Assembly: GCA_031281585.1 (NCBI GenBank)
Contig: JAITFE010000158.1
Coordinates: forward strand, 3,477 to 67,476
Length of the DNA stretch: 64,000 bases
From: Bifidobacteriaceae bacterium
GTDB taxonomy: Bacteria; Actinomycetota; Actinomycetes; Actinomycetales; WQXJ01
Reading direction: 5' to 3'
Below are positions 8,691 through 16,433 of the stretch, piece by piece (the stretch's first letter is position 1; the number at the start of each line of letters is the position of its first letter). Made by a program: the position numbers and the translations under genes. The notes beneath the pieces are model-generated. The model was not told the origin of the DNA. It saw nothing but the letters and a program-made list of their open reading frames with translations, and searched no databases.

Positions 8691-9407
8691 TTAGGACTCG
8701 GGCGAGGCCTTGTCCTCGGACTGGTGCACGGCATCGGCGGCGGCCTTCTTGACCGCGTCGCCAGCCTTCTTCACGGCGTCCCCGGCCTTCTTGGCGACGT
8801 CTGTGACGGCCTTGACAGCGTGGCCGGCGGCTTCGCCAACGGCTTCGGCGGCGTCTCCGGCGGCGTCCGCCATGTCTTCCTCCGGCGGGGCTTCGAAGTC
8901 TTCCCAATCCTCCTCGGCCCACGGGTCTGTCACCGGGCGGGTTTGCCGCCACAGCCAGAAGACAACCCCGGCGGCGGCGGCGCCCGCCAAACCCCACCCG
9001 ACCGCTTTGGCGGCGCGGCGGCGCTTGGCCTGCCGCGCTTGCCGAACGGGGGCGGCGGCGGCGTCTGCGGCGGCGCGCGCGGCCGAATCGACGGCCGCGA
9101 CAATCGCCGGCAGCGCCCTTTCGACAATGGCGTCGCGGGCGTCGTCAACACGGGGCGCCAAGGCTCGGGCGGCCTCCTCGACCTTGGGGGCGGCGGCGGT
9201 GATGCCCTTCCGCCAGGCCGCCTCGACGCGCGGCGAGGCCCATTCCCAAGCGGCGCCCAGGCGCGGGCCCGTCTTGGCGGCGATCAGTTCGGCGACGGTG
9301 GTTGCGACAGACTTGGCCGACCCGGCTAGTTCGACGGCTTTGCCGGCCCACGGCGCACCGTTCGGGGCCGGACTGGCGCTGACACAACAAGAGCGTAACT
9401 TGGCCAT
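8691..9407 (-). CDS. Hypothetical Ala-rich membrane protein
   Basis: ATG 9407 (MAKLRS...). One central TM (VGWGLAGAAAAGVVFWLW). Acidic tail with KKAGDAV repeats. Family not recognised with certainty. Confidence 0.55.
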   Translation of the reverse strand: MAKLRSCCVSASPAPNGAPWAGKAVELAGSAKSVATTVAELIAAKTGPRLGAAWEWASPRVEAAWRKGITAAAPKVEEAARALAPRVDDARDAIVERALPAIVAAVDSAARAAADAAAAPVRQARQAKRRRAAKAVGWGLAGAAAAGVVFWLWRQTRPVTDPWAEEDWEDFEAPPEEDMADAAGDAAEAVGEAAGHAVKAVTDVAKKAGDAVKKAGDAVKKAAADAVHQSEDKASPES

Positions 9408-9594
9408 GGGATTCTCCTTAGAATCTGTCAAGCTGCTGCCGGGCTTGGCAACATGCTTAACCCATGCTAGGGCTATCTGCGCCCGGGCTGTCAGGCGGCG
9501 CGTGGCATGTCCGCCGCCGGGCAAGGCCTGGGCGGCAGCCGAGCCCGATCCGCCGGGGGACCCGCTCCGCGCCAGGACGTGGGAAGATGGCCAG

Positions 9595-10116
9595 ATGCAA
9601 GCGATTCTTCACACTTCCAAAGGTGACATCCAGTTCGATTTGTTCGAGGACACCGCGCCCAACACGGTTGCCAACTTTGTCGGCTTGGCCGAAGGGTCCA
9701 AGCCCTGGCGCGACCCGGCCACCGGCCAGCCCGGCGCGGGGCCGTTCTATGTCGACGTTCCCTTCCACCGGGTCATTGACGGCTTCATGATCCAAACCGG
9801 CGACCGGTTGGGCAAAGGCACGGGCGGCCCCGGCTATGACTTCGACGACGAGATCGTCCCCACCCGCACCTTCTCAGAGCCGTACCTGGTGGCCATGGCC
9901 AACGCGGGCCTGAGGAACGGGCGCGGCACCAACGGGTCGCAGTTCTTCATCACCGTGGCGCCAACCCCGCATCTCAACACCGCCCACACCATTTTTGGAC
10001 GCGTTGGCGACCAGGCCTCGCGCCAGGTCGTGGACGCCATCGCCACAACGCCCGTGGACCGCAACGACCGTCCGCTGGAGCCCGTCGCCATTGAGTCGGT
10101 GGACATCCTCCGGTGA
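9595..10116 (+). CDS. ppiA: Peptidyl-prolyl cis-trans isomerase, cyclophilin type
   Basis: MQAILHTSKGDIQFDLFEDTAPNTVANFVGL...FHRVIDGFMIQTGD...GTNGSQFFIT are canonical cyclophilin motifs. Its position in the conserved ppiA-crgA-pknB block agrees. Confidence 0.9.
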   Translation: MQAILHTSKGDIQFDLFEDTAPNTVANFVGLAEGSKPWRDPATGQPGAGPFYVDVPFHRVIDGFMIQTGDRLGKGTGGPGYDFDDEIVPTRTFSEPYLVAMANAGLRNGRGTNGSQFFITVAPTPHLNTAHTIFGRVGDQASRQVVDAIATTPVDRNDRPLEPVAIESVDILR

Positions 10117-10997
10117 CCGATGCCGCCGGAACCGGCCCGCTCGAGGCCGACGGTTCGCGCTGTTACCGGCATCCGAACCGTCCCGCGTTTGTGCGCTGCC
10201 AGCGCTGTGGCCGCGCGGTCTGCCCCGAATGCCAGGTTCCGGCGGCTGTGGGCGTCCACTGCCCCGACTGCGTCCGCCAGGCGGCCAGGCAAATGCCGGT
10301 GGCCCGTTCGGCCTTGGGCGCGCCCATCTCCGGCGGGGCGCCGGTGGTCACAATCACCGCCATCGCCTTGTGCGTGGCGGTCTTCGTGGCCCAGCAGGCC
10401 TCCGGCGGGCGGCTGACCTCCGAGTGGGTCTTTATGCCCGCGGCGGAGTGGTATCAGCCGTGGCGGATCGTCACCGCCGCGTTCCTCCACGGCGGCGTGC
10501 TCCATCTGGCGTTCAACATGTACGCCCTGTGGGTGGTCGGAAGCTTCATGGAGCAGTTGTTCGGGCGCTCGCGGCTCGCGGCCCTGTACCTTGGCTCGGC
10601 TCTTGGGGGCCACGCGTTGGTCTTGATCTGGTTCAGGCTGGTCGAGTTCAACGGGGCCGCCGCACTGACCGGGACGCTTGGCGCCTCCGGGGCGGTGTTC
10701 GGGTTGTTCGCGGCCGCGCTCCTGGCGGGGCGTCGGCTGGGCGGGAGCATCAACGGGATCATGACCGTGATCGGCCTGAACCTGGTGCTGAGCTTCACGG
10801 TGCCGAACATCTCGTGGCAGGGGCATGTGGGCGGCCTGTTGACTGGCGGGGCGATGGCTCTGGCGTATATCCGCGCGCGTCCGTCCGAGCGCCGGCGCCG
10901 CGCGTGGGTTGTCGCGGTCGTGGTGCCCGTGGCGATCGCGGCGGTGGTGTTTTTGACGGCCTCGCCATGGTCGTGGAGCTTGGGGGCGCCAAGCTGA
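10113..10997 (+). CDS. Rhomboid family intramembrane serine protease with N-terminal zinc-ribbon
   Basis: CYRHPNRPAFVRCQRCGRAVCPEC zinc ribbon. Rhomboid core with HLAFNMYALW and catalytic GASGAVFGLF. 4-nt overlap with ppiA. Confidence 0.85.
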   Translation: MTDAAGTGPLEADGSRCYRHPNRPAFVRCQRCGRAVCPECQVPAAVGVHCPDCVRQAARQMPVARSALGAPISGGAPVVTITAIALCVAVFVAQQASGGRLTSEWVFMPAAEWYQPWRIVTAAFLHGGVLHLAFNMYALWVVGSFMEQLFGRSRLAALYLGSALGGHALVLIWFRLVEFNGAAALTGTLGASGAVFGLFAAALLAGRRLGGSINGIMTVIGLNLVLSFTVPNISWQGHVGGLLTGGAMALAYIRARPSERRRRAWVVAVVVPVAIAAVVFLTASPWSWSLGAPS

Positions 10998-11010
10998 GCG
11001 CCGCCTTGGG

Positions 11011-11149
11011 TTTTCCAAAGGCACCTGTGGACAAACTGCCCCCAAATGTGGAAAAACCCCGTCTTGGCAGGCCGCTTTGGCCTTGTTCTGTGGAAAACCG
11101 CTGTGGCGGAGGAATTACAGGGATGTAGTTTTCCCCAGGCTTATCCCCA
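11011..11149. promoter_or_regulatory. Cluster of DnaA-box-like 9-mers (cluster 1)
   Basis: TGTGGACAA 11026-11034 is the exact complement of TTGTCCACA. TGTGGAAAA occurs at 11047-11055 and 11089-11097. Also TTTTCCAAA 11011, TTTTCCCCA 11129 and TTATCCCCA 11141. The cluster lies in a convergent intergenic region (rhomboid stop 10997, crgA stop 11227). Confidence 0.5.
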
Positions 11150-11226
11150 CTTGGGGATGGAGCCGCCGGAGACCGGGCGACGGGCCCGCGGCGCCTGCCG
11201 CGCGAACTCCTGGGCCGGCCTGGCGG

Positions 11227-11478
11227 CTAGCGCCAGCCCGCGGTCATCCCAAAGCCGCCCAGAATCAAGCCGAAGCCGATCGCCAGGTTCCAGTTCCCGA
11301 TTTGCCGGATGGGCAACGCGCCCTGGGAAAGGTAGTAGACAACCACCCAGACCAGGCCCAACAGCATGACGGAAACCATGACGGGGGCCCACCACTGCGG
11401 CGAGGGCTTGGGCGCCTTGGAAACGGGCGGGGCGATATAGGTCCGCTTCTTCTTGCGACGCGACCTTGACTCAGGCAC
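11227..11478 (-). CDS. crgA: Cell division protein CrgA
   Basis: 83 aa. Basic N-terminus (SRSRRKKKR), two TM helices and PQWWAPVM, the typical CrgA layout. Conserved locus position. Confidence 0.9.
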   Translation of the reverse strand: MPESRSRRKKKRTYIAPPVSKAPKPSPQWWAPVMVSVMLLGLVWVVVYYLSQGALPIRQIGNWNLAIGFGLILGGFGMTAGWR

Positions 11479-11604
11479 CTTAGTTCTCCCTCGGATGTGG
11501 GCTCAGCCGTCTTCTTGGCGCCCGCCGGGCGCACTGGCTGAGCGGAAGTGCGGATATCTTGTAACAGGGTACTCAGACTGAGCAACGAAAGGGCAATTCG
11601 GCAG

Positions 11605-12363
11605 ATGCGGCCACGCCGTCCCAACGCTTCGAGGACCTCAGCGCCCCGTCAGGCCCTTTCGGTCGGATTGGTGGCGGTGCTGGCCGGCTGGCTGTTCACC
11701 TGGAACGCGACCTCGGGTTGGACGTCGGACCTGCGGGACGCACCAGGACTGCGCGGCCTGGTGACCGCGCGTGACCGCGAGGTCGAGGACCTCCAAGAGC
11801 GTCAGGCCGCGTTGGCTGACGAGGTCGCCGGGCTGGTTGGGGCCGCCGCGCCGGCCCTGACCGCCCCCGCCTTGGAGGTGACGGTGGCGGCGGGCGCCGC
11901 CGAAGTCTCGGGACCGGGCTTGACCGTGACCCTGAACGACGCCGACCTGTCCCGTGGGGTCCTGAACGGCCCGTCCGCGCCCGGCGCCGACCTGTTGGTC
12001 CACCAGCAAGACATTGACGCCGTCCTCAACGCCCTGTGGGCGGGAGGGGCCGAAGTCGTGGCGGTTCAGGGACACCGCGTGACCTCCGCGACGGTCATCA
12101 AGTGCGTCGGCAACGTCATCTTGGTGGGCGGCCGGGTTTATTCGCCGCCGTACTCCATAGCCGCCATCGGGCCGGCTGGGGCGATGCGTGAGCGCCTTGA
12201 CGTTTCGCCGGTGGTTCGCGCTTACCGCGAACGCGCTAGCCGGCTCGGGTTGACGTGGAGCACTGTGGACGAGGCTAAGCTGACCATCGCAGGTGACACG
12301 GCCGTGTCATCGGCGCTACGGTACGCGAGGGCGCTGGGCCCAACGTTGCAAGCAGAGGACTGA
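11605..12363 (+). CDS. DUF881 domain membrane protein
   Basis: ATG 11605 with GAAAGGG upstream. N-terminal TM, then LVHQQDIDAVLNALWAGGAEVVAVQGHRVTS...VYSPPYSIAAIGP, typical of DUF881. Confidence 0.75.
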   Translation: MRPRRPNASRTSAPRQALSVGLVAVLAGWLFTWNATSGWTSDLRDAPGLRGLVTARDREVEDLQERQAALADEVAGLVGAAAPALTAPALEVTVAAGAAEVSGPGLTVTLNDADLSRGVLNGPSAPGADLLVHQQDIDAVLNALWAGGAEVVAVQGHRVTSATVIKCVGNVILVGGRVYSPPYSIAAIGPAGAMRERLDVSPVVRAYRERASRLGLTWSTVDEAKLTIAGDTAVSSALRYARALGPTLQAED

Positions 12364-12371
12364 ACTGGACC

Positions 12372-13211
12372 ATGAGTTTCTTGCCGGATGATCCGGCGCC
12401 GGCGGGACTCCCGGACGGCCGCCGAACAGAGCCGGGCGTCAGCCGCCGCCAGCGCTCTGAGCAGCGCCGCAAGCGCCACGGCGCGGCGGTAGTCGGCGTG
12501 ATAGGCGAACTGCTGATCACCTTGGGCGTGCTGCTTGGTCTCTACGTGGTTTGGGAGTTGGTCTGGACCGACGTGGAGGCCAACGCGGAGGCCCAGGACA
12601 TCCGCCAGGAGATCGTCAAAGACCAGGCCTGGATCGAGCCGGCGGCCCCCGCCGAGGGCTCGCCGTGGGCGCCGCGCCACGACCCGGCCGTGGACGCGCC
12701 GCCGGTTGACGAGAACCCGCTGGCGGTGCCGGCCTTCGGCGACGCCTGGGGGATTATGCACGTGCCGCGCTGGGGGCTGGACTACCAGGTGCCGATCGTC
12801 GAGGGCACCGACCGAGTAAAAATACTCAATAAGGGCCTGATCGGCCACTACGAGGGCACACAAGGGCCGGGCGAGGTTGGCAACTTCGCCACTTCCGCGC
12901 ACCGGACCACCTACGGCAAGCCGTACAACCGGGTGGCGGAGCTGTTGGACGGCGATTCGCTGATCGTGGAGACCGCCCAGTACTACTTCGTCTACAAGGT
13001 TTACGGCCGCGAGATCGTCAAGCCGAAGGACGTGCGCGTGATCTGGCCGGTGCCCAACGAGGAGGACACCAAGCCGACCAAGCGGATCTTGACCATGACG
13101 ACTTGCCACCCCATGTTCTCGGCCGCCGAACGCTATGTCATCTGGGGCGAGTTGGCCTACTGGGCCGACAAGTCCGAGGGTCCGCTCGAAGAACTAACCG
13201 GGCAGGGGTGA
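12372..13211 (+). CDS. Class E sortase
   Basis: N-terminal TM anchor and catalytic TLxTC-type motif ILTMTTCHP. Locus position next to crgA/DUF881 is as in other actinobacteria. Confidence 0.85.
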   Translation: MSFLPDDPAPAGLPDGRRTEPGVSRRQRSEQRRKRHGAAVVGVIGELLITLGVLLGLYVVWELVWTDVEANAEAQDIRQEIVKDQAWIEPAAPAEGSPWAPRHDPAVDAPPVDENPLAVPAFGDAWGIMHVPRWGLDYQVPIVEGTDRVKILNKGLIGHYEGTQGPGEVGNFATSAHRTTYGKPYNRVAELLDGDSLIVETAQYYFVYKVYGREIVKPKDVRVIWPVPNEEDTKPTKRILTMTTCHPMFSAAERYVIWGELAYWADKSEGPLEELTGQG

Positions 13212-13218
13212 ACGCGAA

Positions 13219-13431
13219 ATGTACGGTTGGCTATGGCGCTACGCGCCCGGCCCCTGGTGGGTCAAAATCATGCTCTTCGCCGCTGTGGCGGCGGCGATTG
13301 TGGCTATCTGCTTCACAACCTTCTTCCCATGGCTGTCGCCGCTCTTGCCGTTCAACCACGTGACGGTGGGGGACGAGGAGCCCACCACGGTCGAGTCCAC
13401 GCAGTCGCTGGGCGGGTTCGACCTGCCCTAG
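13219..13431 (+). CDS. Small membrane protein (70 aa)
   Basis: One hydrophobic helix (VKIMLFAAVAAAIVAICFTTFF). Starts 8 nt after the sortase stop. No family recognised. Confidence 0.5.
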   Translation: MYGWLWRYAPGPWWVKIMLFAAVAAAIVAICFTTFFPWLSPLLPFNHVTVGDEEPTTVESTQSLGGFDLP

Positions 13432-13449
13432 GCGAACACAGCCCTCGGT

Positions 13450-14268
13450 CTAGGCGATGTCCACCGGGGCGCCGGGGGGGACCACCGCCGCCAAGGCGTC
13501 CAGATCCGCCATGTGGACGCGCACGCAGCCATTCGAGATCGCTCCGGCGGCGTCGATGGAGGCCTCATTGCCCAACGGGCCGTGGATCGCGGTGACCGCG
13601 TCGCCCGAACCCTGCCAGTTGTCGATCGTCTCCGAATGGGCGGACAACACCAGCACCTGCTTGCCGTAGCCGGCCGAAGGCCCCGGCTGGAGCATGGTGA
13701 CGAAGAACCGTCCGGCGGGCGTGGGGGTGGCCGGGCGGCCCACTATGGCGGGCACGTCCATCACAACCTCGCCCAGCTTCAGCAGCCTGACCCGATGGGC
13801 CTCCAAGTCGACCTCTATCCGGTACGGGGTGGTTGTGATCTCGATTCCCTCGGCCGCGATCCACGCGGTCGACTCGTTGGGCCGCTGCTGCAGCCGGACC
13901 TGCAAGAAGCCGTCCACCTGGTCTATGACGGGCAGTTGGGACTGGTAGCCCCACCACTCGCCGGCCACCGTTCCGGACGGCTCGCCGCCGGGCGAGTCAT
14001 AGGCGGTGACGTCGCCGGGCAACAGGGCGATCGGATAGGGGCCGTCCGGCGGCGGAGCCGGCGGATCGGACTTGTCGGCGGTCGGAACGGCCGGGACGGT
14101 TTCGGACACCACGAGAGGCACGGGGGCGGCGGGCGCCGGCCGCGGCCACCACAGCGCCAGCCAACTGAGCGCCGCCGCCAAGACCAGGACAATCGCGAGG
14201 TAGCGCCGCCATTCGCGCGCCGGCTCTTCATCGGCTGACGGATCAGTCAGCGGGATGTCGCCTAGCAT
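13450..14268 (-). CDS. L,D-transpeptidase (YkuD domain)
   Basis: N-terminal TM, then catalytic HG...SNGCVRV motif (IHGPLGNEASIDAAGAISNGCVRVH). Confidence 0.85.
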   Translation of the reverse strand: MLGDIPLTDPSADEEPAREWRRYLAIVLVLAAALSWLALWWPRPAPAAPVPLVVSETVPAVPTADKSDPPAPPPDGPYPIALLPGDVTAYDSPGGEPSGTVAGEWWGYQSQLPVIDQVDGFLQVRLQQRPNESTAWIAAEGIEITTTPYRIEVDLEAHRVRLLKLGEVVMDVPAIVGRPATPTPAGRFFVTMLQPGPSAGYGKQVLVLSAHSETIDNWQGSGDAVTAIHGPLGNEASIDAAGAISNGCVRVHMADLDALAAVVPPGAPVDIA

Positions 14269-14347
14269 GCGGACTCCTGGGGGCTTCCTAGAATTGCCGG
14301 GGCCTGGACCGGGCCCGACGAGGAGGCAGTTTAGCGGTCAAGCTGGA

Positions 14348-14386
14348 GGTGTGTCGCGTCCGCGACGAAGAGGGGCGCGACACACC
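14348..14386. terminator. GC-rich hairpin downstream of pknB
   Basis: GGTGTGTCGCG (14348-14358) pairs with CGCGACACACC (14376-14386), giving an 11-bp stem and 17-nt loop. It begins 4 nt beyond the pknB stop. No U-tract. Confidence 0.45.
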
Positions 14387-14389
14387 GCT

Positions 14390-16429
14390 TCAGTTGGTGG
14401 GAGGGCTGGGCGGCGGAGACGCCGGATCCGGCCCGCGTGAGATGACCAAGATGATCGTGTCCCCCGCATTCAGTTTGTCGCCCGGCCCCGGTTCGGTCCG
14501 GATCACCTGGTTGGCCCCGATGTTCGGATCGTATGACCGCTGCTCTTCCACCTTCAGGCCGAGGGACACCAGGTGGGCTTTGGCGGCGTCCACATCCCAG
14601 TTGGTCACGTCCGGAACGGTGACCTGCTTCGGGGCTTCCGCGATCACGGCCACGACCGGCGAGTTTTGGAGCAGGATTTGATCCTTGGCGGGTTCTGTTC
14701 GGATGATCTTGCCGGCTTCCACGCTGTCCGAGACCTCGGTCTTCGTGTCGCCCAGGCGCAGCCCGGCCGTGGAGAGGATGTCCGAGCATTCGGCTTGGGT
14801 CTTGCCAGCGCAGTCGGGAACCTTGGTCTTGCCGGTTGAGACCAGCAAAGTCACCTCCTGACCCACTGTCACAGGCGCCTCGAAGGCCGGGTCGGTTCCA
14901 ACCACCCTGTCCGCCGGCACCCTCGCGTCATCCACCGACTTGGTCGCGATGGCGGGCTTGAGGTTGGCGTCAAGCAGCTTTTTGCGGGCCTCGTCCTGGG
15001 TCAGGCCCGCGACATCCGGAACGGTCACCTCGCTGGGGCCAAGCGACACGAAGTACTTAACCGTGTCGCCGACTTTGACCGACTGGCCGGTGGCGGGGTC
15101 GAAACGGGTCACTTGCCCCTTGGGAACGCTCTCGCTGGTTTCGGGGGTGCCCTCTTCGGCCTTCAACTCGAGGTCTTCCAGCGCCGCCACGGCGTCTGCG
15201 ACGCTCCGGCTTGTCGGCACCTTGGGCACCACCGCGGTGGCCGGCCCGGTGGGACCCGTGGGCCCCGGGTCCGGTTCCCGGTCGCGGAGCATGAGGATCG
15301 CGACAATGGCCAGGGCCACCACCAGCAGTCCCGCGATCACCGAAATGATGGTGATCCGCTTGCGGCGCCTGGCCCGGTCCGCCGCCTCTTGCTCCGCCAC
15401 CCGGCTGGCGTTCGGCAGAATCCCGGCCTGGTTGAACGGCGACGCGCCCGGCGGGGCCGGGGGCGGCGGGAAACTGGCCGGCGGCACGGCCAAAGTGGGA
15501 CTGGTGGCCGGGCTGATCACCTGGGTGGCGTCATCGGTCACGGGCATCACCGGAGGAGCCGACACCCGGCCGCCGTGCTTGGAGGCCTGCAAGTCGGCCA
15601 AGAACTCCGACGCGGTGGCGTAACGGTGGTTTCGGTCCTTCGTCAGCGCCTTGATGACGATCTGGTCCAGCACCGCCGGCACGTCCGGGGCGTAGGCCGA
15701 AGGCGGCACCGGGTATTCGCGCACGTGCTGATAGGCCACGGCCACGGCCGAATCGCCTTGGAAAGGCGGCCGACCGGTCAGAAGCTCAAACAGGACGCAG
15801 CCCGTCGAATACAGGTCGGAGCGGGCGTCCACGTTTTCACCCCGCGCCTGTTCCGGCGAGAGGTACTGGGCGGTGCCGATCACGGCTTGTGTCTGAGTGA
15901 CCGAATCGGAGGTCTCCGCCAGCGCGCGGGCAATGCCGAAGTCCATGACCTTGACTTGGCCCGCGGCCGTCAACATGATGTTGCCGGGCTTGATGTCCCT
16001 GTGCACAATCCCGGCGTGGTGCGCGTATTGAAGGGCTGAGAGCACCCCGATGGTGATGTCCGTCGCCTCGTCGATTGGCAACGCGGTGCCGTCATGCATC
16101 AGTTCGCGCAGGGTGTGGCCCTCCACGTATTCCATGATGATGAACGGCAGATGATGGGTCACGCCGGCCGCGTCGGTCACAACGTCCTCGCCGGTGTCAT
16201 ACACCGACACAATGGCCGGATGGTTGAGCGAGGCCGCCGCCTGGGCCTCGCGCCTGAAACGAGTCTGGAAGGACGGATCCCGGGCCAGGTCAGACCGCAG
16301 CAGCTTGATGGCGACGGTCCGCCCAAGGCGGGTGTCGCGGCCGACATGGACCTCGGCCATGCCGCCGCGGCCGATCAGCTCGCCCACCTCGTAGCGGCCG
16401 GCCAGGATCCGTGGAGTGAAGTCCGCCAC
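14390..16429 (-). CDS. pknB: Ser/Thr protein kinase PknB with extracellular PASTA repeats
   Basis: Hanks kinase motifs (GRGGMAEV, HRDIKPGN, DFGIA, SPEQ). Single TM, then repeated PASTA-like modules (VTVPDV...G). Confidence 0.95.
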   Translation of the reverse strand: MADFTPRILAGRYEVGELIGRGGMAEVHVGRDTRLGRTVAIKLLRSDLARDPSFQTRFRREAQAAASLNHPAIVSVYDTGEDVVTDAAGVTHHLPFIIMEYVEGHTLRELMHDGTALPIDEATDITIGVLSALQYAHHAGIVHRDIKPGNIMLTAAGQVKVMDFGIARALAETSDSVTQTQAVIGTAQYLSPEQARGENVDARSDLYSTGCVLFELLTGRPPFQGDSAVAVAYQHVREYPVPPSAYAPDVPAVLDQIVIKALTKDRNHRYATASEFLADLQASKHGGRVSAPPVMPVTDDATQVISPATSPTLAVPPASFPPPPAPPGASPFNQAGILPNASRVAEQEAADRARRRKRITIISVIAGLLVVALAIVAILMLRDREPDPGPTGPTGPATAVVPKVPTSRSVADAVAALEDLELKAEEGTPETSESVPKGQVTRFDPATGQSVKVGDTVKYFVSLGPSEVTVPDVAGLTQDEARKKLLDANLKPAIATKSVDDARVPADRVVGTDPAFEAPVTVGQEVTLLVSTGKTKVPDCAGKTQAECSDILSTAGLRLGDTKTEVSDSVEAGKIIRTEPAKDQILLQNSPVVAVIAEAPKQVTVPDVTNWDVDAAKAHLVSLGLKVEEQRSYDPNIGANQVIRTEPGPGDKLNAGDTIILVISRGPDPASPPPSPPTN

Positions 16430-16433
16430 CGAT

